Part shown: in pieces, positions 18,058 to 25,406 of the stretch
Layout of the letters: each line of letters starts with the position of its first letter
How positions within the stretch are numbered: position 1 is the first letter of the stretch
Origin: an uncultured Acidimicrobiaceae bacterium
GTDB lineage: Bacteria > Actinomycetota > Acidimicrobiia > Spongiisociales > ZC4RG35
DNA: 25,406 nucleotides
Assembly (NCBI GenBank): GCA_964441865.1
Contig: CAYTVW010000001.1
Coordinates: 1 to 25,406 of the forward strand
Reading direction: 5' to 3'
Program-made: the position numbers and the translations under genes
Notes under the pieces: generated by a model
Told to the model about the DNA's origin: nothing
Databases searched by the model: none
What the model saw: the letters and a program-made list of their open reading frames with translations, nothing else

Positions 18058-18653
18058 AATCGCTTCGCCTCCTGCACGAATTCTTCAACCAACTTCGGAT
18101 CTTTCTTCCCCGGCTCCGACTCCCGGAGACTGGAAGCGTCCACACCCCAAGGCCCCAGCTCGACAATCGCCTCTCTCACGTTTCCTGGTCCCAGTCCCCC
18201 AGCCATCACCCATCGTCTTCCGATGTCCCCGACCAAGTCTTTGTCGAAACGCTCCCCAGTCCCGCCATGGAGCCCTGCCTTAGCTGTATCAAGGAGCGGC
18301 ACTTGATCCTTGGGGATTTCACCAAGGGACCATCCGGGTTCCACTCTCACCGGTCTGAGAACAGCGAGATTGTTCTCGCTAGCCAACGAGGCCAGCCGGT
18401 CTGCCTCGGCTCCGTGCGGTTGGACACCAGCCGCTCCTATTGCCACGGCCAACTCGACCATTACCGAAGGATCCGCGTCAACAGTCACCAAATACGCCGG
18501 AAGTTCAGTTGCGGAGATCAACTCTCGCGCTTTGCGTTCGTCGACTCTCCTCGGCGAGTCGGCGAGCACAATCCCGAAAGCGTCGGCGCCTGATGCCTCT
18601 ACAGCTCGCAGAACCTCGAGATCCTTCACACCGCACACCTTCACCCACACCAT
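18054..18653 (-). CDS. trpF: Phosphoribosylanthranilate isomerase
   Basis: VKVCGV, VQPHG, LLDT...[24 protein letters not shown] motifs. Confidence 0.93.
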   Translation of the reverse strand: MVWVKVCGVKDLEVLRAVEASGADAFGIVLADSPRRVDERKARELISATELPAYLVTVDADPSVMVELAVAIGAAGVQPHGAEADRLASLASENNLAVLRPVRVEPGWSLGEIPKDQVPLLDTAKAGLHGGTGERFDKDLVGDIGRRWVMAGGLGPGNVREAIVELGPWGVDASSLRESEPGKKDPKLVEEFVQEAKRL

Positions 18654-18657
18654 TTTC

Positions 18658-19449
18658 CTAGCGGTCCCTTCTCTTCAAGACTCTGAATTCGTCGATAACT
18701 CTCGAAGGGTCCTTCTCTGTCACCAATCTCTCTCCCACCAGAAGCCCGTCGTATCCGGCCCTAGCCATTCGAAGAGCATCTTCCGAGTTGTGAATCCCAC
18801 TCTCAGCGATCTTCACCACGTCGTTAAGTAATGGAACGATCTCCTCTGCCGTCTCCAGACTGACGCTGAAATCCGACAGATTCCGGCTATTCACCCCCAC
18901 GACAGAAGGCAGAATCGTAAGGGCCCTTTCGGCTTCTTCTACCGTATGCACTTCAACGATTGCCGCAAGACCAGCTTCTTCAGCAACCTCGTGGAGCGAC
19001 CTCAGATGATCGTCGTCGAGGACTGCTGCGATCAGCAGGACGGCGTCAGCTCCGATCTTGCGCGCTTCCCAGATTTGCGCAGAATGAATGGTGAAGTCTT
19101 TCCTGAGGATTGGTACCGAGACAGATTCCTTCACTTGGATCAAGTCTTCGTTGCTGCCGGCGAAGAATCTTGGCTCAGTCAGAACCGAGATTGCGGTTGC
19201 TCCACCCTTTTCATACATAACCGCTTGTTGAGACGGGTTGACGTCCAGATTCAGATCCCCTCGAGACGGGGAACGTCTCTTGATTTCAGCAATCACTCCG
19301 AGCCGATCCTCTCGGAACCCATCTAGGAAAGGACGCGGCGAAGGGGTATCGGCGGCTTGACGCCGAATCGAATCCTCAGCTTCGATCAGAGGAAGGATCC
19401 GCTTGGCAGTATGGGCGATTATCTCTTCGAGCATTTTGGGGAACGCCAT
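18658..19449 (-). CDS. trpC: Indole-3-glycerol-phosphate synthase
   Basis: IAEIKRRSPSRG, ISVLTEPRFFAGS, PILRKDF, GVNSRNL, AESGI. Confidence 0.97.
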   Translation of the reverse strand: MAFPKMLEEIIAHTAKRILPLIEAEDSIRRQAADTPSPRPFLDGFREDRLGVIAEIKRRSPSRGDLNLDVNPSQQAVMYEKGGATAISVLTEPRFFAGSNEDLIQVKESVSVPILRKDFTIHSAQIWEARKIGADAVLLIAAVLDDDHLRSLHEVAEEAGLAAIVEVHTVEEAERALTILPSVVGVNSRNLSDFSVSLETAEEIVPLLNDVVKIAESGIHNSEDALRMARAGYDGLLVGERLVTEKDPSRVIDEFRVLKRRDR

Positions 19450-19486
19450 GGTAGGTGCCTCAGGACTCCCCCAAACCCGGATTACG

Positions 19487-21103
19487 TCACGACTGAGTGT
19501 TCAAGCCGATCACGACCGCTTCCCACGGTCCGAGACGAGAAACGCCCTCTCCCTTTTCTCCGATCTTGGAAGGATCAGTCCCAGCCAATACGACTCCATT
19601 CACCCCCTCAACCCTTAGTGACACATCACAATCGGAGAGATTCGCTCCGACGAACACCCGATCGTCACCGAGAGTCCTCCAGTAGGTGAGAGGATTCGGA
19701 ATGTCCCAGTCACCAACAACTTCGATGTCACCAACCTCCAAAGCGGCGTGAGTTCTTCGGAGTCTCAGGAGGCTTCGGTATAGCTCCAGATGTGATGCCG
19801 GATCTCCAGCCTCGGCTTCCACAGAGATCCGGTTTGCTTCTTTCACAGGGAGCCAAGGAGGCTTCCCTTCCCCGAATCCGCCCCACCGTGACTTGTCCCA
19901 TTGCATCGGAGTCCGACACCCGTCTCTTCCAAAACCTGGTTTCCTCTTTCCCCAAGGATCCTTCTGTAGTTCGGGAGGGATCTCGCTCTCCAACATCCCA
20001 ATCTCGTCGCCGTAGTAGATGGTCGGAGTCCCCCTCAATGTAAGAAGAAGTACCGCGGCGGCTTTCGAGCTTTCCCAACCCATACGTCGGGTGACCCTCG
20101 GCTCGTCGTGGTTGCCAATCACCCAGTTCGGCCACGCACCGGACGGAAGGGACGCCTCGACCCCGACGATCGCTCTTCGAATCGCGGCCGGGTCAAGACC
20201 GCAGGAGATCAGAACGAAATTAAACGGGAGATTCAATTCGTCATTATCACGTCCGAAGAAAGAAGCCCACCGATACCAGTCGAACTCGTGGAGCTCTCCG
20301 ATTATCACCTTCTCGCCGTCCGAAGGATGTCCATCCACTCTTCGTCGAATCTTCTCCAGGAGCCCATGAATATCTGGGTGCGTGGTGTCGTAGATGTGAT
20401 CCCAACGGGCATACTCCTCGTCGAGTTTGAAGACATCCGAAAGGCCTCCCTCTGCCGGTGGGAGATCTCGGAGCAGCGGGTCTTTCATACATCTGAGAAT
20501 CACGTCCATCCGGAAGCCGTCGACCCCCCGATCCAGCCAAAAGTCCAGAGTGGAGAGCATGGCATCTTCGACTTCGGGATTTCTCCAGTTGAGATCTGGC
20601 TGTTCAACCAGAAATGAATGCAGGTAGTACTGGCCCGTTTGCTCATCGAATTCCCAAGCTGGGCCTCCGAACACGGCAGGCCAGTTGTTCGGCAAAGACC
20701 CGTCCGGCTTCGGGTCCCGCCACACATACCAGTCTCTCTTGGCGCTATCTCTGGAGCTCCGAGAATCGAGGAACCACGGATGGAGATCCGACGTGTGATT
20801 CGGCACCCAGTCGATAATTAGCTTCAAGCCCAATTCGTGCGCTGCGCTAACCAGGAGATCGAAATCGTTCAGGTTGCCGTAGACCGGATCGACATCAACA
20901 AAATCGGAGACGTCATAGCCAAAGTCCGCCTGCGGAGACGGATAGAAGGGTGAGATCCAAATCGCGTCTACGCCCAAATCAGGGAGGTATTCGAGTCGCC
21001 TCAATATCCCAGCGAAATCGCCGACCCCGTCACCGTTTCCGTCGGCCCACGATCTCGGGTAGATCTGGTATATCACGCCTCGTTGCCACCACTTGTGAGT
21101 CAT
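19487..21103 (-). CDS. GH13 alpha-glucosidase / oligo-1,6-glucosidase-like enzyme
   Basis: WWQRGVIYQIYPRSWAD, DWVPNHTS, nucleophile GFRMDV, acid/base IGEL, GNHDEPR, YYGDEIGM. Confidence 0.93.
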   Translation of the reverse strand: MTHKWWQRGVIYQIYPRSWADGNGDGVGDFAGILRRLEYLPDLGVDAIWISPFYPSPQADFGYDVSDFVDVDPVYGNLNDFDLLVSAAHELGLKLIIDWVPNHTSDLHPWFLDSRSSRDSAKRDWYVWRDPKPDGSLPNNWPAVFGGPAWEFDEQTGQYYLHSFLVEQPDLNWRNPEVEDAMLSTLDFWLDRGVDGFRMDVILRCMKDPLLRDLPPAEGGLSDVFKLDEEYARWDHIYDTTHPDIHGLLEKIRRRVDGHPSDGEKVIIGELHEFDWYRWASFFGRDNDELNLPFNFVLISCGLDPAAIRRAIVGVEASLPSGAWPNWVIGNHDEPRVTRRMGWESSKAAAVLLLTLRGTPTIYYGDEIGMLESEIPPELQKDPWGKRKPGFGRDGCRTPMQWDKSRWGGFGEGKPPWLPVKEANRISVEAEAGDPASHLELYRSLLRLRRTHAALEVGDIEVVGDWDIPNPLTYWRTLGDDRVFVGANLSDCDVSLRVEGVNGVVLAGTDPSKIGEKGEGVSRLGPWEAVVIGLNTQS

Positions 21104-21109
21104 GGACCG

Positions 21110-21115
21110 AGGCTA
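21110..21115 (-). promoter_or_regulatory. Putative -10 (TAGCCT), internal leaderless promoter for the GH13 gene
   Basis: TAnnnT 6 nt before ATG 21103, with no SD. Confidence 0.6.
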
Positions 21116-21171
21116 TCTCACACGAAGCAAAGATGTCGGCCTGATGCCTAGTCCGAGGATTATTCGTCGAC

Positions 21172-22641
21172 TCACAGATATTGCGAACGCGATATTGCCT
21201 TGAGTGCGGCAGCGGCCTTATTCATCGTCTCTTCATATTCAAGAGCGGGATCCGAATCAGCGACCAATCCCGCACCCGCCTGAACCCACGCCATTTCTTG
21301 GCCGAAGACGACTGTTCTGAGGCCTATGCATGTATCAACATTTCCGGAGAAATCCAGATAGCCGACCATCCCAGCGTAAGGTCCTCTAGCAACCGGCTCA
21401 ATCTCGTCGATGATCTCGATCGCCCGAACCTTCGGGGCTCCAGAAACGGTTCCATGAGGGAAGGTTGCCTTTATCACGTCCACACCGGTTCTCCCGTCTC
21501 GAACCTTCCCTGAGACTCCCGAGACGATGTGCATGACGTGACTGTATCTCTCTATCACCATCAGATCGTCTACTCGGACCGTCCCAAATTCGCAGACCCT
21601 TCCCAGGTCGTTACGAGCGAGGTCGATAAGCATCACGTGCTCAGCGCGTTCTTTAGGATCTGCGAGCAACTCGGCTTCGAGCCTTCGATCCTCTTCCTCA
21701 GATACACCGCGTTTTCTTGTACCTGCGATCGGACGAGAGTACGCGACTCCGTCTCGCACGCGGGTCATGAGCTCGGGCGAAGCCCCGGCAAGTGTGACTT
21801 CTTCGTCCCGTACGAAAAACAAGAAAGGAGACGGGTTGATCAAACGTAGAGCTCGATAAACCAAGAAGGGATCCCCTACGTACGGCGTTGCCAGTCGCTG
21901 CGAAAGAACAATCTGAAAGGCGTCTCCCCCCAGAATGTATTCCTTGCACCGTCTCACGGCCGCCTCGAACTCTGACCTCTCGAAAGTCGAGGTGAAGGGA
22001 GGATCTTGAACACTCTGATCTATCGGACTTGGGGAATACTCCCTAGTCCTCCCCAGCCGTGAACCTGCTTCGAGTAACCGGAGGACGGCCTCCTCGTACT
22101 GTTCTGTCGGTTTGTCCCCAACAAGGACGTTCCGAATCAAAATGATCGATTGTCGGAATCGGTCAAATGCCGCCAGCGATCCGACGAATTGCCAGAGCAT
22201 CTCGGGAAGCCCTCGATCGTCGCTTGGGCGATTTGGGAGAACCTCGATATACCGGATGGCGTCGAATGCCAGGTAGCCAACCAACCCTGAGTGAAGAGGC
22301 GGTAGGCCCGGAAGCTTGGGGGTGGTATGAGATGTGGCCAGACGATTGAGAACGTCCAGGGGTGTCTCCCCTTCCTCTTGTTCGACGTTCACCCTCCCAT
22401 CATGGGACCGAACCACGAAAAGCGGATCCCATCCCACGAAAGACCAGCGGGCCCAGTTCTCTCCACCTTCCACCGACTCCAGCAAGAACGCTGGTCCGTC
22501 GCCACAGAGAGTCTCGAAACAAGAAACAGGTGTCTCCCTATCCGCTAACACCTCGCATGTGACCGGTACGACCGAGTACTCCGCTGCCAGCGCAATGAAC
22601 TCATCCAAGGAAGGTCTGATGTCTTCTCGCCGTATTGTCAT
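21172..22641 (-). CDS. trpE: Anthranilate synthase component I
   Basis: FLLESVEGG, GDAFQIVLSQR, NPSPF, PIAGTR, EHVMLIDLARNDLGRV, TVSGAPKVRA, QAGAGLVADS. Start moved to ATG 22641 (TAGCCT 8 nt upstream). Confidence 0.93.
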   Translation of the reverse strand: MTIRREDIRPSLDEFIALAAEYSVVPVTCEVLADRETPVSCFETLCGDGPAFLLESVEGGENWARWSFVGWDPLFVVRSHDGRVNVEQEEGETPLDVLNRLATSHTTPKLPGLPPLHSGLVGYLAFDAIRYIEVLPNRPSDDRGLPEMLWQFVGSLAAFDRFRQSIILIRNVLVGDKPTEQYEEAVLRLLEAGSRLGRTREYSPSPIDQSVQDPPFTSTFERSEFEAAVRRCKEYILGGDAFQIVLSQRLATPYVGDPFLVYRALRLINPSPFLFFVRDEEVTLAGASPELMTRVRDGVAYSRPIAGTRKRGVSEEEDRRLEAELLADPKERAEHVMLIDLARNDLGRVCEFGTVRVDDLMVIERYSHVMHIVSGVSGKVRDGRTGVDVIKATFPHGTVSGAPKVRAIEIIDEIEPVARGPYAGMVGYLDFSGNVDTCIGLRTVVFGQEMAWVQAGAGLVADSDPALEYEETMNKAAAALKAISRSQYL

Positions 22642-22649
22642 GAGGACCA

Positions 22650-22655
22650 AGGCTA
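22650..22655 (-). promoter_or_regulatory. Putative -10 (TAGCCT) for trpE
   Basis: TAnnnT 8 nt before ATG 22641. Confidence 0.45.
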
Positions 22656-22741
22656 CCCGCGGAATAACGGGACGCGACAGCATCGGTCATTCCCAATCTC
22701 ATGTCTCCAACACCCACCCAAATCAAACGACTGAGATTCTC

Positions 22742-23416
22742 CTAAAGGACGTTGGTTCTGAGGAACCAAGGACACCTCTCTGCCATCTCACAAATCTCGC
22801 ATCTGGGCTTCTTGGCCTCGCACACATCGCGCCCGAATCGAATGAACCGCATCGCAATCCCGGCCCATTCGTTCTCCGTGTAAAGCGCCTTCAGGTCGAA
22901 TTCGATCTTCACGGGATCGTTGTTCGCCGTAAGCCCGAGACGCCTACTGACTCTCTTCACATGGGTATCAACCGCTATGGAGGGCACCTTGAAAGCTTCT
23001 CCCAACACGACGCTCGCCGTTTTGCGCCCGACTCCTCTCAGAGTCACTAGCTCCTCAATAGTGATGGGCACCTCGCCGTCGAACCGTTCAACCAGATCCG
23101 CCGAGAGTTCGATGATCGACCTGGCCTTCTGGCGGTAAAACCCGGTGGAGAAGATGATCTGTTCGACATCGTCGATTTGGGAAGCGGCCAACTCTTCCGG
23201 AGTCGAATACTTCTCAAACAAGATCTTCGTCACTTTGTTCACGGTCGAGTCGGTCGTCTGTGCCGAGAGCGCTGTGGCAACCAGGAGCTCCCAGGGATTG
23301 TCGTATTCAAGATCGGTGGAGACATTCGGATAGAGGTTCTTCAGCATTCCCAAGAAACACTCGGCCTGTTCCCTCCGAGCATCCGATGTCGCCGAAACGA
23401 GGCCGCTATCAGTCAC
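22742..23416 (-). CDS. nth: Endonuclease III
   Basis: LLVATALSAQTTD, HhH LRGVGRKTA, AVDTHV, and 4Fe-4S motif C-x6-C-x2-C-x5-C. Start uncertain; GTG 23416 chosen because TAGGAT lies 8 nt upstream. Confidence 0.95.
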   Translation of the reverse strand: MTDSGLVSATSDARREQAECFLGMLKNLYPNVSTDLEYDNPWELLVATALSAQTTDSTVNKVTKILFEKYSTPEELAASQIDDVEQIIFSTGFYRQKARSIIELSADLVERFDGEVPITIEELVTLRGVGRKTASVVLGEAFKVPSIAVDTHVKRVSRRLGLTANNDPVKIEFDLKALYTENEWAGIAMRFIRFGRDVCEAKKPRCEICEMAERCPWFLRTNVL

Positions 23417-23568
23417 GGTGTCCGATCCTAACGGTGGTGGCACCGTTATCCTGACAGAGTGAGATACCGTTGTTGTGTTGGGAACGTGAAGCATCCTTTC
23501 TCAACCTGCACCGTTTCCTCTCCAACGCCGAGCGAAGCACTTTCTCTAACTACCACGGAGCCTCGGCC

Positions 23569-24450
23569 ATGCGGGCTCTGAGACTCTCCTACGGTGCTTT
23601 GGTAATTGCCGCTCTCCTCTATGGGATCACTTTCGTAGTGGTAAAAGATGCGGTCGCGGTTTTCCCACCGTTCGCTTTCGTGGCATGGAGGTTTCTACTT
23701 GCAGGTTCGGTTCTCCTCCTCGCATCGTTCCCAAGATCTTTCGGAGTATGGCGAGATGGCACCGTCGCTGGCTTGATCCTCTTCGCCGGATACGCGTTTC
23801 AAACCGGTGGCCTCATGTATGCAGATGCCTCCCATTCGGCGCTCATCACCGCGCTCTATGTGGTGTTTACGCCCCCCATTGTCGCTGTCTCGAAGAAGCG
23901 CTTCCCAACGATCTGGACAATCTTCGGAACCTTCACAGCTTTCTTGGGGATAGCGCTTCTGACCTCCGACAGCCTCAGCTTCAGTTGGGACTCGGGGACA
24001 CTCCTCACCCTGGGCTGTGCGGTCGCTTTTGCAGCTCACATCGCATTCCTATCTCACACCACCCACCGACACCGAGTCATCCAATTCACCGCAGTACAAC
24101 TCTTCACAGTCGCTCTCGGTGGTGTTATCGGTGCCGTCGTCTTCGAGGGACTCCCCCTCCCCGATCCGGGAATCATCCCCGCCATTCTGATCACGGGACT
24201 AGGGGTGAGTTGTCTGGCATTCCTATTGCAGGTTTGGGCCCAGAAGAGAATCGGAGCTAACCGGACTGCTGTCATCCTCACCTTGGAACCCTTGTTCGGA
24301 ATACTCTCGGCCAGTCTTATTCTCGGAGAACGCTTCTCTCCGCGAGGATGGTGCGGCGCGGCTGTCATCCTGGTAGCGATCTGGATCGTGCTCTCCAAAG
24401 ACTTCGACTCCCCGTCCAAGGAAGCCGAGGCTATTGCCCCGGTGGGGTGA
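23569..24450 (+). CDS. DMT/EamA-family transporter
   Basis: About 10 TMs in two EamA repeats, with FQTGGL...S.LITAL and LLQVWAQK...TAVILTLEPLFG. ATG 23569 is preceded by GGAG. Confidence 0.9.
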   Translation: MRALRLSYGALVIAALLYGITFVVVKDAVAVFPPFAFVAWRFLLAGSVLLLASFPRSFGVWRDGTVAGLILFAGYAFQTGGLMYADASHSALITALYVVFTPPIVAVSKKRFPTIWTIFGTFTAFLGIALLTSDSLSFSWDSGTLLTLGCAVAFAAHIAFLSHTTHRHRVIQFTAVQLFTVALGGVIGAVVFEGLPLPDPGIIPAILITGLGVSCLAFLLQVWAQKRIGANRTAVILTLEPLFGILSASLILGERFSPRGWCGAAVILVAIWIVLSKDFDSPSKEAEAIAPVG

Positions 24451-24453
24451 GTT

Positions 24454-24732
24454 TCACTCCAAGTTGTGTTTCTGCCTTGAGAGACGTCGTTCGTAGTTGG
24501 TGACCGCACGGAAACCGGCTAGGACCCCGAGGAGAGCGACCACCAACACCACTCCCATCGCTGGCCCTAAAGAAAGCCGATTTCGACATGTGGTGATACC
24601 ACCCGGGCAAAGACCGCGCCCGGTCCCCCCGCCTGCGAGGTCGAGGAGAATCAGCATCGGGAACAATGCAATCCCCACCGCTATGACCGTCAGAAGGGTC
24701 CGGAGTATTCGGATCACAACTCTTGGGCTCAT
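24454..24732 (-). CDS. Small two-TM hypothetical membrane protein (92 aa)
   Basis: Two hydrophobic helices flank a Gly-rich loop with C-x6-C; basic C-terminal tail; TAGGCT -10 lies 7 nt before the ATG. Confidence 0.65.
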   Translation of the reverse strand: MSPRVVIRILRTLLTVIAVGIALFPMLILLDLAGGGTGRGLCPGGITTCRNRLSLGPAMGVVLVVALLGVLAGFRAVTNYERRLSRQKHNLE

Positions 24733-24739
24733 CACGAAT

Positions 24740-24782
24740 AGCCTAACGGCAACAAGCGCCAGTTCGGTTCCGGGATTACGAT
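24740..24782. promoter_or_regulatory. Back-to-back putative leaderless promoters: TAGGCT (-, 24740-45) and TACGAT (+, 24777-82)
   Basis: Each TAnnnT lies 6-7 nt before a start codon in the 56-bp intergenic gap. Confidence 0.55.
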
Positions 24783-24788
24783 CCGGCC

Positions 24789-25406
24789 GTGACCTACTTC
24801 CATGAAAGCTTTGATTCGCAAGAACAAGAGATCCTCTCTCGTTTCTTTACCAACACCGACCTCCCTGTCTTTGCCCTTATCAATCTTCCCGAAGTGGTCA
24901 AAGGAGCTTTGTTCGCGCGGTATTCCCGCTCTCCAAAATCGATCCGTCGCCTTTTCCTGGACGAGTTTTTGGCTGACTCCGAGACAGGAATCAGTGCGAT
25001 TGCTGCCCGTCTGGGAGGAGACGATCCGCTAGTCGACCTCCGACGTGCCGAGGATCTGTACCAGAAGGTGTTCTTTGATTTCGGAGATGATTCCGTCGCC
25101 CAGTTGGGCGGCGCCCACCTCGCCTGTGAGCAAGCATCGAATATCCTCACCAAAGCCCTCGAGTGGGGAAGACTCGGTTCATATCTGGAGCAGTCGACTC
25201 GGTACATCGCATATGACACCCGCCTCGGTGACCGATACCGCTACTTCATACCTCCCGAGATCGAAGCCTCTCCCCTCAGAAACGACTACATGGATTTCAT
25301 GGAAAGCCTCTTTGGATCATATTCCGCCCTTGTTGCCGAGATGCACACTCTCTTCGCTGAGAGATTCCCCAAGGCCGGGGATTCCCTGAGCGCATGGAAC
25401 GCCGCG
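24789..25406 (+). CDS. thyX: FAD-dependent thymidylate synthase, long type, 5' part (runs off window edge)
   Basis: Hand translation from GTG 24789, open for 206 codons: ...LPEVVKGALFARYSRS...FGDDSVAQLGGAH...SNILTKALEWGRLGSYLEQSTRY. Missing from the ORF track. Confidence 0.85.
   Translation, partial: MTYFHESFDSQEQEILSRFFTNTDLPVFALINLPEVVKGALFARYSRSPKSIRRLFLDEFLADSETGISAIAARLGGDDPLVDLRRAEDLYQKVFFDFGDDSVAQLGGAHLACEQASNILTKALEWGRLGSYLEQSTRYIAYDTRLGDRYRYFIPPEIEASPLRNDYMDFMESLFGSYSALVAEMHTLFAERFPKAGDSLSAWNAA

Noticed and set aside
21086-21103. MTHKWW start of GH13 as a Trp-sensing leader
   Set aside because: The WW..VIYQIYPRS N-terminus is the normal family motif.
22642-22741. trpL leader peptide or T-box upstream of trpE
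   Set aside because: No tandem Trp codons in a plausible ORF and no terminator/antiterminator; the likely promoter abuts the start codon.
3099-25389. Numerous antisense or overlapping ORFs in the track (e.g. 10391-11056, 12489-13457, 22334-23050, 24794-25219, 24802-25032)
   Set aside because: They are shadows of well-supported genes in other frames or on the opposite strand and have no motifs of their own.

Overview
Core-genome window of a moderately GC-rich actinobacterium, most likely Acidimicrobiia (inferred from the four-domain S1, the trp / tRNA-Leu / polA-rpsA-uvrB order, a stand-alone TrpF and a long-type ThyX). Left to right: uvrB 5' end (-), a 6-TM histidine kinase with a NarL-type regulator and two Flp pilins (+), a convergent Tad pilus operon (cpaB, cpaE, tadA, VWA-TadB fusion, tadC, GT-C-like membrane protein; -), rpsA, polA, a small coiled-coil ORF, tRNA-Leu(CAA), trpA-B-F-C, a GH13 alpha-glucosidase, trpE, nth, an EamA transporter, a small membrane protein and the thyX 5' end. 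uvrB, both flp genes and thyX are absent from the supplied ORF track. The best candidate for a new system is the Tad/Flp module lying between rpsA and uvrB. It combines a possibly pilin-sensing two-component system, a flp leader that may fold into an SD-sequestering pseudoknot, a VWA-TadB fusion with a poly-Thr stalk, and a putative GT-C glycosyltransferase coupled to tadC. Functional links among these parts are inference. No transposase, integrase, CRISPR array or rRNA was seen.
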